A stretch of 64,000 nucleotides of DNA from a virus. Location of the stretch: the IMG/VR virus record IMGVR_UViG_3300032805_000001, positions 56,104 through 120,103 of that record; one strand, written 5' to 3'. Both the position numbers and the translations under genes were made by a program. Below the pieces are notes generated by a model that had not been told where the DNA came from, ran no database searches, and worked only from the letters and a program-made list of their open reading frames with translations. Numbering within the stretch: position 1 is the first letter of the stretch; each line of letters begins with the position of its first letter. Positions 51,218 through 60,765 of this stretch are shown here, one piece after another.

Positions 51218-52252
51218 CTACCCGGCGGGCACGTCAAACCGTGCCGCCCATTCGCTGCCCGCATCAACTGGCCCCGGTTTCCCGTCCGCCCGCACCGCGA
51301 GCCGTTCCGGGTCAAACAACGCCCGCCGCATCGCGCCCAGCTTCTCCCGCTGGACAGGAGTCAGCTGCCGCCGCGTGATCGCGTTACTGATCGCGCTCGC
51401 ACCAACCCCGAACGCCTCCGCCACCTGTTTCGCGGTGACCAGCCCGTCCGGCCGGTCCGATTCCAGCGCCGCCAATTCCCCGTCCGCGCGGGGAACACAC
51501 GCCGCCGCAAGGTGCTCTACCCGTGCCCGTGCCAGCGCCGGACTTACCCGCCCCGCCCCCACAAACAGCCGCTCAGCTTTCAGAAGCTGCACCACCGTGT
51601 CACGGGATACCCCCTGCCCGTGTTCCTTCACAGCCCGCCTGGCGACCTCGGCAATCTCCTCATCGGTAGCAAGTTCACGATCCCCCGCAGACTTCAGGCC
51701 AGCGGCTTTGATCAGCCGGCCGGCCAGCCTGAAATCCCGGAACCCCACCGCGGCGTCCGGGAACTGGGCCGCCAGCTCCGCGGACACCCGCCGCGCCGTC
51801 ACATACCCGTCCCGATCGTTCATCTCCCGGATCGCCGCGATGAACTCATCACGCGGATAGTCCCACTTCCGGCCGGCCGCGCCGATAGCCCGCTTGTCGT
51901 CACGGCCCGCCATCCACGCGGCGAGCTCACCGATCATCCACTTCCGGCCTTCCTTAGTGGGCACCGACGCGGGCATGACCCGCCCAGTAGCCCGGTTTTC
52001 CCGCCGCGCCCGGTCAGCCTGCTTGTCGTAGGAACGAACCGACTCCCGCGCCAGCCCCGTCAGCTCAGCCGCCTCATCCACGCTGGCGAGGGTGAGCCGC
52101 CACGGCCGCCCATGCCACGGCGTCCCCGCCACCGCCCGGCGGGGAACCGCCAGCACACCAGCCCGCCCCTCCTCATCCAAGTCCCGCGTGGCAGCACGCA
52201 AGTCAAGGACGAGATAGGCGAAATCAGTGCGAGTGGGAAACTTAGCGGGCAT
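51218..52252 (-). CDS. Multi-HTH DNA-binding protein
   Basis: EAAELTGL...SVR.Y and TAKQVAEAFGV..SAI HTH-like segments. Confidence 0.55.
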   Translation of the reverse strand: MPAKFPTRTDFAYLVLDLRAATRDLDEEGRAGVLAVPRRAVAGTPWHGRPWRLTLASVDEAAELTGLARESVRSYDKQADRARRENRATGRVMPASVPTKEGRKWMIGELAAWMAGRDDKRAIGAAGRKWDYPRDEFIAAIREMNDRDGYVTARRVSAELAAQFPDAAVGFRDFRLAGRLIKAAGLKSAGDRELATDEEIAEVARRAVKEHGQGVSRDTVVQLLKAERLFVGAGRVSPALARARVEHLAAACVPRADGELAALESDRPDGLVTAKQVAEAFGVGASAISNAITRRQLTPVQREKLGAMRRALFDPERLAVRADGKPGPVDAGSEWAARFDVPAG

Positions 52253-52560
52253 CGGTCACACCTCCTCCTCTCGTTCTCGCGCGCACTGAGCGCTGTATCT
52301 GCCTGTCACGCCCACCTCACGACTTGTGTTCTTTGCCGTCGATGTCGTGCGGGATGCCTCGCTCATCAAAAAACGCGCACAGTTCGCGGACTGCGGCCTC
52401 ATCGCCGGTAACAACCTCATAGCCGAATCGCCCGGACTCCGAGACCGGCAACGGCGCGGAGGTAGCCTGCCGCACGTAGTCCATTGCCTGGCCGATGGTG
52501 CTTGCCATGAACTCCAGAGTGATCATTGGATTTGTCCTCTCGTCGCTGCTCTTGCCGTGC

Positions 52561-53070
52561 CTATGACCATCCGGTGACCGTCACTCCCACAAGCCGGTCC
52601 AGAATCCCCGCACTGCCCACAACCGCCGGCGCCCCCCACGTGAGCGCCTGTGACTGTCCCGGCTGCACCGTAATTGACGCCGGCTCACTCACTTCGGTAA
52701 TCACAGATCCCGCCCGGTCATTGACGAACCGGACCGTCACCGAATGAAGAGTGACCGCAGCGCCACCCTCATTGCTCACGTCGACCGTGACCACCGGCGT
52801 GCCGTAGCTTGAGTACGCCCCGTCCGTGAACGACACCACAGCCGGGCCCGCAGGCGTCGCCCCCGCCGCCGCGTGATGCACCGCGAGAACCGCGGCCAGG
52901 GCGAGGACGGGCAGCAGCGCCACCCGTCCCCACCGCTTCGCCGGCCCGTTGCCGATGATGGCGAACAAGAAAACGAACCCCGCCGCCAATGCCAGCCAGA
53001 ACGGCACCCCCAGCATCACGGCACCGCCCACGGGGACTCCCAGGGCAATGCAGACCGCCCAAGTTCTCAT
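52561..53070 (-). CDS. Membrane protein with a beta-rich C-terminal domain
   Basis: Three hydrophobic helices followed by an Ig-like pattern. Confidence 0.55.
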   Translation of the reverse strand: MRTWAVCIALGVPVGGAVMLGVPFWLALAAGFVFLFAIIGNGPAKRWGRVALLPVLALAAVLAVHHAAAGATPAGPAVVSFTDGAYSSYGTPVVTVDVSNEGGAAVTLHSVTVRFVNDRAGSVITEVSEPASITVQPGQSQALTWGAPAVVGSAGILDRLVGVTVTGWS

Positions 53071-54260
53071 AACGCAACCCCCTCTTCATCGGCTGGCGCA
53101 GAAGCCAGCAGTCGTAGGTACTCGTGCTCAACTTTCCGCGAGTGTGCCACTCCGTAGGCGACCCTCCCGGGCCGCCATGAAGTCAGCAAAGAATCGTTCT
53201 TACTGCAGTTACAGGAGACGCAGGCCGGTACAAGGTTGAACTCAGCCTCAGCGCCGCCGCGCGTCAGCGGGCGAACGTGGTCGATCGTTGCGGCTTCCGC
53301 CCCGCAGTACACGCACGGCCCGGACGTGCGGATTGCCGCATACACCTCGGGCGGCACCGGTCCGGCCACCTCTGCGGCCTCTTTGCGGGCACGCCGACTG
53401 TTGCCGTACGAGCGGGCCCGCGCTTCCCACTCGCCGGGTGGTAGTGCGGAACGCCAGCATGCTTGGCAGTAGCGGGCGAGTCCGCGGAATCTGCGTCCAC
53501 AGCCTGCACAGTCGCGCTCTATGGCCTCGCAGGCGTGGCAGCGGCGGCTAGTTCCTTTGAAGACTTGCCCGCAGAACATGCACTCACGCTCGGTCGCCTG
53601 GCAGGCGTGGCAGCGGCGAGTGTGGTTCTTGAAGGGTTTTCCGCACTCAACGCAGGTTCGTTCAATCTTCCGGCAGGCGGGACACGGTTCCTGGTGCCCG
53701 CTGTACCGCTTGCCGCACTGAGGGCAATCACGCTCAACAGTCCGGCAGACGTGACAGCGCCGGTTCGTTCCCCTGAACTGGGCGCCGCACTCGATGCATG
53801 CACGCTCGCGCTGTAGGCAGGCAGAGCAGGTGTTCTGGTTTCCCTGGAAGCTCTGCCCGCATTCCTGGCAGGTTCTAGGAGTTGCCCGGCAGAGGTAGCA
53901 AATGCTGACGTCGCCCCGGAATTGCCTGCCGCACTGGTCGCATGCTCGCATTCCGTACGCTGGCCGACATGACCGGCAGCGAGTAAGGCGGCCCTTGATC
54001 GGCCGGCCACACTCGGCGCACTGCCGTTCGGGGACAGGCTTGCATGTCTTGCAGAGCCGTTCGTCCCCCTTGTATGCCGCCCCGCACTGAGTGCAGGTGC
54101 GCTCCGCCTGACGGCACATCTTGCAGCTGCGTCCGTTGCCCTTGAATGTGCGCCCGCACTTGATGCAGGAGCGCTCGGTCGCGGAGCAGGCACCACATCG
54201 CCGCTTGTCCCCCTTGAAGGTCTTCCCGCACTGTGCACACTCGCGCTGGCCGTAAGACAT
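53067..54260 (-). CDS. HNH endonuclease with 11 tandem C4 zinc-ribbon repeats
   Basis: 11 x RxCxxCGxx(F/Y)xGxxxxCxxC, then CVYCG..TIDHVRPL.RGG...NLVPACVSCNCSK. Confidence 0.9.
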   Translation of the reverse strand: MSYGQRECAQCGKTFKGDKRRCGACSATERSCIKCGRTFKGNGRSCKMCRQAERTCTQCGAAYKGDERLCKTCKPVPERQCAECGRPIKGRLTRCRSCRPAYGMRACDQCGRQFRGDVSICYLCRATPRTCQECGQSFQGNQNTCSACLQRERACIECGAQFRGTNRRCHVCRTVERDCPQCGKRYSGHQEPCPACRKIERTCVECGKPFKNHTRRCHACQATERECMFCGQVFKGTSRRCHACEAIERDCAGCGRRFRGLARYCQACWRSALPPGEWEARARSYGNSRRARKEAAEVAGPVPPEVYAAIRTSGPCVYCGAEAATIDHVRPLTRGGAEAEFNLVPACVSCNCSKNDSLLTSWRPGRVAYGVAHSRKVEHEYLRLLASAPADEEGVAL

Positions 54261-54308
54261 GGGACCAGTGTAGTCCCATACCGGTCCATGTCTCATACTG
54301 GTCCCATG
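54258..54308. promoter_or_regulatory. Divergent control region with a perfect 12-bp inverted repeat containing both start codons
   Basis: CATGGGACCAGT (54258-54269) / ACTGGTCCCATG (54297-54308). Confidence 0.7.
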
Positions 54309-54482
54309 AAGCATGTGAATCTGCGCCTGGATGACGAACTGCACGCCCGCCTCAGGGCAGCGGCGGAAGCCGACCGGCGCTCCCTCAACACGATGATTGC
54401 GGTACTCATCGAAGAGGGATTGCAGCGGCGCACCGCGCCGGCTCCCGCAACTCCCGGACCTCACTCCTCCTCGCCCGTATAG
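54306..54482 (+). CDS. Arc-family ribbon-helix-helix regulator
   Basis: VNLRLDDELHARLRAAAEADRRSLNTMI..LIEE. Confidence 0.85.
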   Translation: MKHVNLRLDDELHARLRAAAEADRRSLNTMIAVLIEEGLQRRTAPAPATPGPHSSSPV

Positions 54483-55552
54483 TCCAGCTCAGTGTTTTCA
54501 AGCGCGCCGCCGAGGTCCGCCGCGAACGACGCGAACTCTTCGGCCGCCGACTTGCCTTCGTCCTCAACTGGCGCAGTCGCCTGGTCAAGCGCGAGCTCCA
54601 CGACCGCGGCCCGGACACGCTCCGGCCATTCCCCGCCCGCAGCATCAGCAACGGCCACCAAGGGCGTGCTGATCTCCTCGGCCCGGCCATCCAGTTCTTC
54701 CGGCATGTCCGGCTGATAGTCCGCGAGCTCATCCCGCACCTGCGACGCCCACGCCTGCAGCCACTCATTCAGCTTGGCCGCCTGCCCCTCAGCGACGCGC
54801 GAGACCTTGGCAGGGCGATCATTCTTGCCCGCACGCTTCATGCGAATCTTGAAGCCACGCGAGAGCAAAGCGTCCATGCTGTTGCCCGTCGCCTTCTCTA
54901 TCGCGTCGAGCCCGGCAAGAGCCACGGCGCCGAACACGTTGACGCGGGTGGCCTTGTTGCCCTTGCCGTTCACTGTCGTACCGTGCCGCGCATAGCCTCC
55001 ATTAAGTACGGCCCGGACGCCCGAGGCGCGCTGAGCACTGGAGAAGAGCAGATCCCCTTCGTCGAGCAGAACCGTTGCATGCTCTTTGCTCAGCGTGTGA
55101 ATAAGCCCGGCCTTCGTCGGCTCAAGATCCAAGCCGAACGTGTCCGGGCACAGCATGTTGAGCAGCTCCAGGCACTTTGACTTCCCGGATCCGGGCTCGC
55201 TTGACAGGAAGTACAGCCGTGGCGTCGCGCGGAACACCAGCGTCCCGTTCTCATCTTTCATGTGGCTGTGCGCGACCCAAGCGACCATCACGTCAAGCGC
55301 TGCGGGTGACGGAAGGCGCACATACGTCCCGATCCACTGCCGCAGCAGATCCAGGAGCTGATCACCCGGTATCCGGTCCGCTCGTGGCCGGACCGGCGCA
55401 GCCGTCGGCCGGGGAACGACAGCGCCGGTCATCCCAGCCGCGGCGCGAGCCGCCGCGAGCCGCCGCTCCGCTGCTTCCCTGCCCGCTTCCATGTGCCGTG
55501 CCGTGTCCGCGGCGACACGCGCGGCCGTGGCAGCGTCGGTGGCGTCGCTCAC
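54461..55552 (-). CDS. DUF3631-domain P-loop protein (replication-associated); the ORF stays open upstream to 56158
   Basis: YV.LPS, W.AHSH, TPRL.FLSSEPGSGKS, LLDE.D, LNGGY, PL.AVAD.AGG.WPER.R.A. Confidence 0.8.
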   Translation of the reverse strand: MSDATDAATAARVAADTARHMEAGREAAERRLAAARAAAGMTGAVVPRPTAAPVRPRADRIPGDQLLDLLRQWIGTYVRLPSPAALDVMVAWVAHSHMKDENGTLVFRATPRLYFLSSEPGSGKSKCLELLNMLCPDTFGLDLEPTKAGLIHTLSKEHATVLLDEGDLLFSSAQRASGVRAVLNGGYARHGTTVNGKGNKATRVNVFGAVALAGLDAIEKATGNSMDALLSRGFKIRMKRAGKNDRPAKVSRVAEGQAAKLNEWLQAWASQVRDELADYQPDMPEELDGRAEEISTPLVAVADAAGGEWPERVRAAVVELALDQATAPVEDEGKSAAEEFASFAADLGGALENTELDYTGEEE

Positions 55553-56241
55553 TCCTGCCTCCCCTCGCCGTCCGTGATCAGCGACAGCAGATCCGCCGGC
55601 CCGGGCGGCGCCGTCTGCGCCCGCTTCCGCCCCGCCCGCGTCCCCGGCGCCTCGAACAGCACCAGGTCCGCGCTCGTGTCGAAGTCCCCGCGCTGCATCG
55701 CCGTCCAATCCGTCCCGCCCGTAGGTGTCCACGGAACCGTCATCGCCTGCCTCCTCAGTCATGTCTTCCCGTGCGAGCCGGTTACCGGCCTGCATCTGGC
55801 GGATGTACTCACCGATCGTCACCCGCGGCGACACACGCCAAAAGTCGTTAAGCTCCTCACTCGCGTACTTCGCGGCGACGTCCGCCCGGCCCGCCCAAAG
55901 CTGGAACGGGTTAGTGATCCCAGCCGCCTCACCGTCACGGGACAGCAGATTCCCGCAGCACTGCGCCTCCGCCGCGAGGAACTGCTCGTGCGCCGCGTCA
56001 TACCACTCCGCGCGGACCTGGGCGCGTTCCCGTGCCGCTCTGTCGGCCTGGTCGCGTCGTCTTGCTTCGGCGAGAACGGAAGCGTCCGCATCGGCCGCCC
56101 ACCTCTCCCGCAACTGTTCGTCGGACATGCCACGCACGTCCTCTACCGTGACCGACACGATGCCTCCTCATCGTTGGGTCTTGCATGCCCTCCTCCCGTC
56201 ACGAACGGGCGCCGGCCTCATGCCGGGGGAGGGCTGGCGGG

Positions 56242-56712
56242 TTACTGCCGCGCGGCGATGTACTTGTCGAGCGCTTCCAGTACGCCGTTAGCCGACTGGA
56301 CCGCTTCCCTCAAAATGTCCATGCCCGCCGCGATGCCCGTAGTGTCCGGCGTGCCAACGTGGCGCATCTCTATGCAGGGAGAGGCGAGCTTGAGGTGCGG
56401 GCCGGCGTACACGAAAAACTGATAGTGACCGCCGTCGGGGTCGGCCGCGTACTCGAAGTACAGTTCGGTTTGGTCAGGCTGGACGACGATCCCCTCTTCG
56501 CACGCGATGCGGACCACGGCGTCGACGTTGCACTCCTCGTCAAAGTCCCGCGGACTCCAGTCGGCGCCGATCTCGGGTAGCTTCTCCCCGGTGTCCGGGT
56601 TGCGCGTGCCGCCCCGCATGCCGTCCGGATACGCCTCTACCGCGGCCCGCAGCCATGCGCGGGCGCGCGTCTCATCGAGCGTGAACCGTGCCCTAGCCGC
56701 CTGAACCGTCAT
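56242..56712 (-). CDS. Hypothetical protein
   Basis: Clean ORF with RBS (gaggagg). Confidence 0.55.
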   Translation of the reverse strand: MTVQAARARFTLDETRARAWLRAAVEAYPDGMRGGTRNPDTGEKLPEIGADWSPRDFDEECNVDAVVRIACEEGIVVQPDQTELYFEYAADPDGGHYQFFVYAGPHLKLASPCIEMRHVGTPDTTGIAAGMDILREAVQSANGVLEALDKYIAARQ

Positions 56713-56804
56713 CTCTGCCTCCTCAGTGATGGGTTTGCTTTTGCGTGCCCTCCGCGCGTCTCGCTCGCGCCGCCGGCCTTATGCCGGCGGGAGGGCAGGT
56801 CTTG

Positions 56805-57062
56805 CTAGAGCGATTCGGTTTCCCAGAGATAGGCGTCGTACAGGTCGCCGAGGAACACGCGCAGTTCATCGCGGCCCTTTTCGACGCGCCGGTAAAGCGC
56901 CTCCGCCTTGCGCGAGTCGTCGTCTGCGCCGTACTCGTCGCACCACTCCTCAAAGCTTCCCGTGTTCTCAAGTCCGGCCGCGTCGGACACAAAACTGTTC
57001 AGTACCTCATCGGCCCTCGGCTCATAGGTGAGCGCCTCACCCATGCCGAACATCGTTTTAAG
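56805..57062 (-). pseudogene. 3' part of a phage gene interrupted by the IS21-like end
   Basis: SFEEWCDEYG.DDDSRKAE motif; the 5' part is replaced by the element terminus at 57063. Confidence 0.6.
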
Positions 57063-57312
57063 TGAGTAGGGCAACGTGTTCTGGCTCCAGGAGAGCAACT
57101 TCATCTGGCTCCACTTGTCTCCACGGGTGCTGTCGTAGCAGCTAGATCTGGCCCCACTTCACTGGCCCGGATCACGACCCGGATCGCAAGCCATTTTGGC
57201 TCCACTCCAGCCCTGCTGCGGTCACCTGACTAGGCCCTAGCATGGGTTTCAGGAATCGGGCCGGTCGATCCTCTCCCTGACAGAGCTGGGTCAGCCCGGC
57301 CCGGTTCCCCAT
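57061..57312 (-). repeat. ~250-bp repeat (IS21-like right end), copy 2
   Basis: Reverse complement of 11946-12197 with a few clustered mismatches. Confidence 0.95.
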
Positions 57313-57460
57313 TCTCCGGGCGGCAGGGTCCGCAGCGGGCGCGGGTCGAAATACATGCCGTGCGCTTCGGCCATATGCTCAGCCGTCTCGACCTCATCGA
57401 ACAGGTGCGCGTACTCGTGGCCGCACAGCGAGCACACAGCTACGATCTTCATGTTTAGCC

Positions 57461-57739
57461 TTACCGTTCTCTCGGCAGGAACACGGACCACGCGCCGCCC
57501 TCATGGCGGCCCTGCTCGAATGTGCAGCCGAACCGCTCAGCCCAGACGGCGACATCGCCGACTGCGAACGACAGGACTATGCAGCCGGCCGGGTCAATGT
57601 CCTCGGCCGTGCGCAGGATCAAGCCGATGCCGGTCTCGACGCTCTGACCGCAACGGCGGAACAGCGCCTCCACGCCCTCGCTTATCAGGGTGACCGGGAC
57701 GCCGCGGAACTGGAGTCCCGCGCTTCTGATGTCGATCAC
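57461..57739 (-). CDS. Hypothetical protein, paralog of 11110-11391
   Basis: IDIRSAGLQFRGVPVTLISEGVEALFRRCG...GRHEGG.WSVFLP.ER. Confidence 0.65.
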   Translation of the reverse strand: MIDIRSAGLQFRGVPVTLISEGVEALFRRCGQSVETGIGLILRTAEDIDPAGCIVLSFAVGDVAVWAERFGCTFEQGRHEGGAWSVFLPRER

Positions 57740-58128
57740 TGAAGCCACCCCTCGTAGTCCGGGTGGTCATTCCAGATCGCGGCGCGGATCGCGATGACCT
57801 GGCGCAGGATCATAATCTCGGTATCGACGCGGAGGCGCTCGCCGAGTTCTTCGACCTGCCGGAGCTTGGCCAGCAGCGAGCGGTCCGCCTCGATCTCGCG
57901 GAGCGTCCGGGCCGGGTCATGGAGGACGATGTGGTCGGCGGCATAGCTTCCCCTGATAACCCCGAAGGACTCGTCAAGGCTGTCGTAGAGCGACACCGCT
58001 GATGGCAACGGCGAATCGGGAGCAACCGCCCTATCCCAGGGGCCAGGAAATCACAACTGCGTCGCCGTCGCCGCTGCCTCGTACTCGTCCAGCCGGGCAG
58101 TCAGGAACGCGATCAGGTCGGTGGTCAC
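57736..58128 (-). pseudogene. DUF6221-like gene with an in-frame TGA
   Basis: VTTDLIAFLTARLDE start is in frame with HDPARTLREIEA...DHPDY; stop codon at 58051-58053. Confidence 0.7.
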
Positions 58129-58427
58129 GGACAGTCCCCGCAATCGCAGTCACGGGGATGCTCGCCCCATCCCACGGGCTTGCCCGCATCCGGGTGACCG
58201 GACGGCACCTGCCCCGGCTGCCTGGACTCCTTCGGTCTGCGCCCCGGCTTGCGCTCGGTGGCGAGGAATTTTGTCACATCCGACTCCAGCCATACCGGCC
58301 CCATCGCTAGCCGCTGAACGGGCTCCGGGAAGTCGGGGTGCGCGGCGAGCTGGCCCGCACGCGTTCTGGACACGCCGGCAAGGCTGGCCACTTCGGCCAG
58401 CCCTGCGAGCTTCGGAAACCGGGTCAT
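58125..58427 (-). CDS. AlpA-like DNA-binding protein
   Basis: GLAEVA.LAGVSR.R..QL...PDFPEPV..L..GPVW...DV. Confidence 0.75.
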   Translation of the reverse strand: MTRFPKLAGLAEVASLAGVSRTRAGQLAAHPDFPEPVQRLAMGPVWLESDVTKFLATERKPGRRPKESRQPGQVPSGHPDAGKPVGWGEHPRDCDCGDCP

Positions 58428-59105
58428 CCGTAGTCCTTCTCGTATTGCGCAAGCAGGCGATGCGCGAGCAGGTCCCTCGTGACCGCGCCGCGCGTAGCGC
58501 CCAAACGGGTTTCGTAGCCGCATGAGCAGGTCACGTCGTAGCCGGGCCAGACTCCCCGCATCCTTGCCTGGCGCCTGATCCGTTCACGCCTGCCATTGAC
58601 CATCGCTCCGGTATAGACCCACCATGTGGCGCGGTGCTCGCGCATGGTCTCCGGGGAAACCGAGGTGACGCTCTTGGTCGTGATAGCGCCGCTTCGGCGC
58701 GGTGCCGTGAGCGCAGCACCACGGTCAAATGCTGGGTCTATGTCCGGGCAGCCGCGCCCCCCTGCTTCCCGTTCTCCTGCGCCAGCGGGGCCAGCCGCTT
58801 CGTCCGGCCCCGCGAGGTTCGCGATGCGCCTGTCAGGCATTGCGGCAGGCCTCGCACTGGCCGCCATACTCGCCGGCGCCGCGCGCTGACGGGTAGAGGG
58901 TGAAGTAAGAGTCGCGGTGGGACTGGCAGAGGATGCGGCCTGTGGTGTCGGTGTGGTCGTGGTAGACGCGCAGGGCCTGGTTGCTGACCTTCTGCCACTC
59001 GGCGAACTTCGTGCTCATGTCCCGCTCCCTTACGTCGTTTGCTTATGACTTAAGAGTACGGCATCCCCTGGATGTTGTCAAGGGTTTAGCTGTAATGTCC
59101 GCAGA

Positions 59106-59327
59106 TCAGTTCACGGTTCCGTCTAGCGAAACCCCTAGCGCAGCCGCGAGCTTGGCGGCGATGGAGAACGCCACGTCGCGGCCGTTCTCCGCACGCCACG
59201 CTACGGACTTGCTCGTGATTCCGGCCGCCTCGCACAGTTCCCGGACGCTCAGGCCCTGGTCGCGTCTCGCCTGCTTGAGACGCGCGGCCAGTGCGGTGAC
59301 CGCCGGGTCTGGATCGGCGCCAGTCAA
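59106..59327 (-). CDS. XRE HTH regulator
   Basis: LKQARRDQGLSVREL..AGI...RAENG...KLAAALGVSL. Confidence 0.8.
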   Translation of the reverse strand: MTGADPDPAVTALAARLKQARRDQGLSVRELCEAAGITSKSVAWRAENGRDVAFSIAAKLAAALGVSLDGTVN

Positions 59328-59332
59328 CTTCC

Positions 59333-60130
59333 TTACCCGTTCTCCGCGCGAGCGCGGGTCTGTGCCAGCCTGAACGACTGGGTGCCGGTCTCGATGATGT
59401 GCGCGTTATACGTCAGCCGGTCCACGATCGCCGCGCACAACCTGGGGTCGGTGAAGGTGCGTTTCCACTCGGAGAACGGGGCGTTGGACGCGACCGCCAT
59501 CGCCCGGCGTTCCTCCCTGTCGGTGAAGATCTGGAATAGCAGCTTCGCGCCGGTCTTGTCTAGCTCGAGATAGCCGAACTCGTCCAGGCAGAGCAGGTCA
59601 CACCGGCCGTAACGGGCGATGACCTTCGTTAGCTGCCGTTCATCCTGAGCTTCGGCGAGCTCGTTGACGAGATTGGCGGCAGTGGTATAGCGGACCTTCA
59701 GCCCGGCCTCGGCGATGGCCGTCCCGATCCCGATGAGCAGGTGAGATTTCCCGGTGCCGGAGTCGCCGACCAGGCAGAGCGGCTGGCCCGCCACCACCCA
59801 TGCGGGGTGGCAGAGGGTGGCGATCTGCTCGGGTGAGATCTCCGGGTTGGCGGTGTAGTCGAAGTCCTCGATCCGCTTCGGCCGCGGGAACGCCGCCTCG
59901 CGGACCAGGCGTATCTTGCGGCGCTCGTCCCGGTGCTGCATCTCCTCGGTGAGCAGGGCGGCCAGGAAGTCTTTATAGGTTGCCCGCTCCTTGAGCGCCT
60001 GCTTGACGGCTTCTTCGTATCCCTCGCGGATAGCGGGCAGATGCAGGGCACGGGCGGCCTGCTCGATCACCATGTCGGCCGGGTCGTCGTCCACCACGGG
60101 CGGCCGGGCGTCCCTCGTCGCCGCGGTCAT
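59333..60130 (-). CDS. istB: IS21 helper ATPase IstB
   Basis: L.LP, A.FP..K.IEDFDY, GDSGTGKSH, LCLDEFGY, SN.PFSEW, AIVDRL, SFRL. Confidence 0.95.
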   Translation of the reverse strand: MTAATRDARPPVVDDDPADMVIEQAARALHLPAIREGYEEAVKQALKERATYKDFLAALLTEEMQHRDERRKIRLVREAAFPRPKRIEDFDYTANPEISPEQIATLCHPAWVVAGQPLCLVGDSGTGKSHLLIGIGTAIAEAGLKVRYTTAANLVNELAEAQDERQLTKVIARYGRCDLLCLDEFGYLELDKTGAKLLFQIFTDREERRAMAVASNAPFSEWKRTFTDPRLCAAIVDRLTYNAHIIETGTQSFRLAQTRARAENG

Positions 60131-60765
60131 GGCGCACCTCGCCGGGTGCGGCGGGACAGCAGTTCGTCATAGGCTGCTACCGATGGGAGGGGCCTGGTGT
60201 CCTCGGGTATCGGCGTCCGGCGTTCCGCCAGCGTGATCACGTCAGCCTGTCCTGTCTCTGTCGCTGCTGTCTTGACGGGTGCCACCTCGGGCGCGTCCTG
60301 GCTAGCCTTGCGCGCTTCGATGGCCACGAGCTCGGGGCTCGCCGCCCCGGCTTCCAGCGCCACCATGATTCCCGCGATCACCTGCGCGGCGGCCATGCGG
60401 CGATGCAGCAGCAGCACCTCGATAAGCGCCCTGGTCCCGGCCGCGTCGCCGTGCGCTTTGCGAGCCGCCGCCCAGAACGCGTCATGCGCAGTGGTGAACG
60501 TTCCTGCCTCGCGGGCCTGGGCGAGCCCCGTGGATCCGGCCAGCGCGCCGGGCCGGACCATCAGGATCTCCAGGTAGTGATCCAGCGTGTCCCGGTAGTC
60601 GTACCGGCGGGTCAGCCGTGCGTACTGGGCGATGACCTCGTTGCGGTCGAACACCAGCAGCTCGTTGGCCCGCAGGCTGACCCGGACCTGCCGGCCGATG
60701 AACCGTGCCGGGACCGAGTAGTAGCACTGGCGGATGACGATCCGCGAGTCACGGCGGACGGTCAC
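60127..60765 (-). pseudogene. istA: IS21 transposase IstA, C-terminal fragment (no DDE core)
   Basis: YSVPARFIGRQVRV.L, LDHYLE.L..RPGAL.GST.L.QAR, GTRALIEVLLLHRR, PLPSVAAYDELL. Confidence 0.85.

Noticed and set aside
53450-54250. Multiheme cytochrome or ferredoxin reading of the Cys repeats
   Set aside because: No CxxCH or CxxCxxC motifs; paired CxxC...CxxC fits zinc ribbons.
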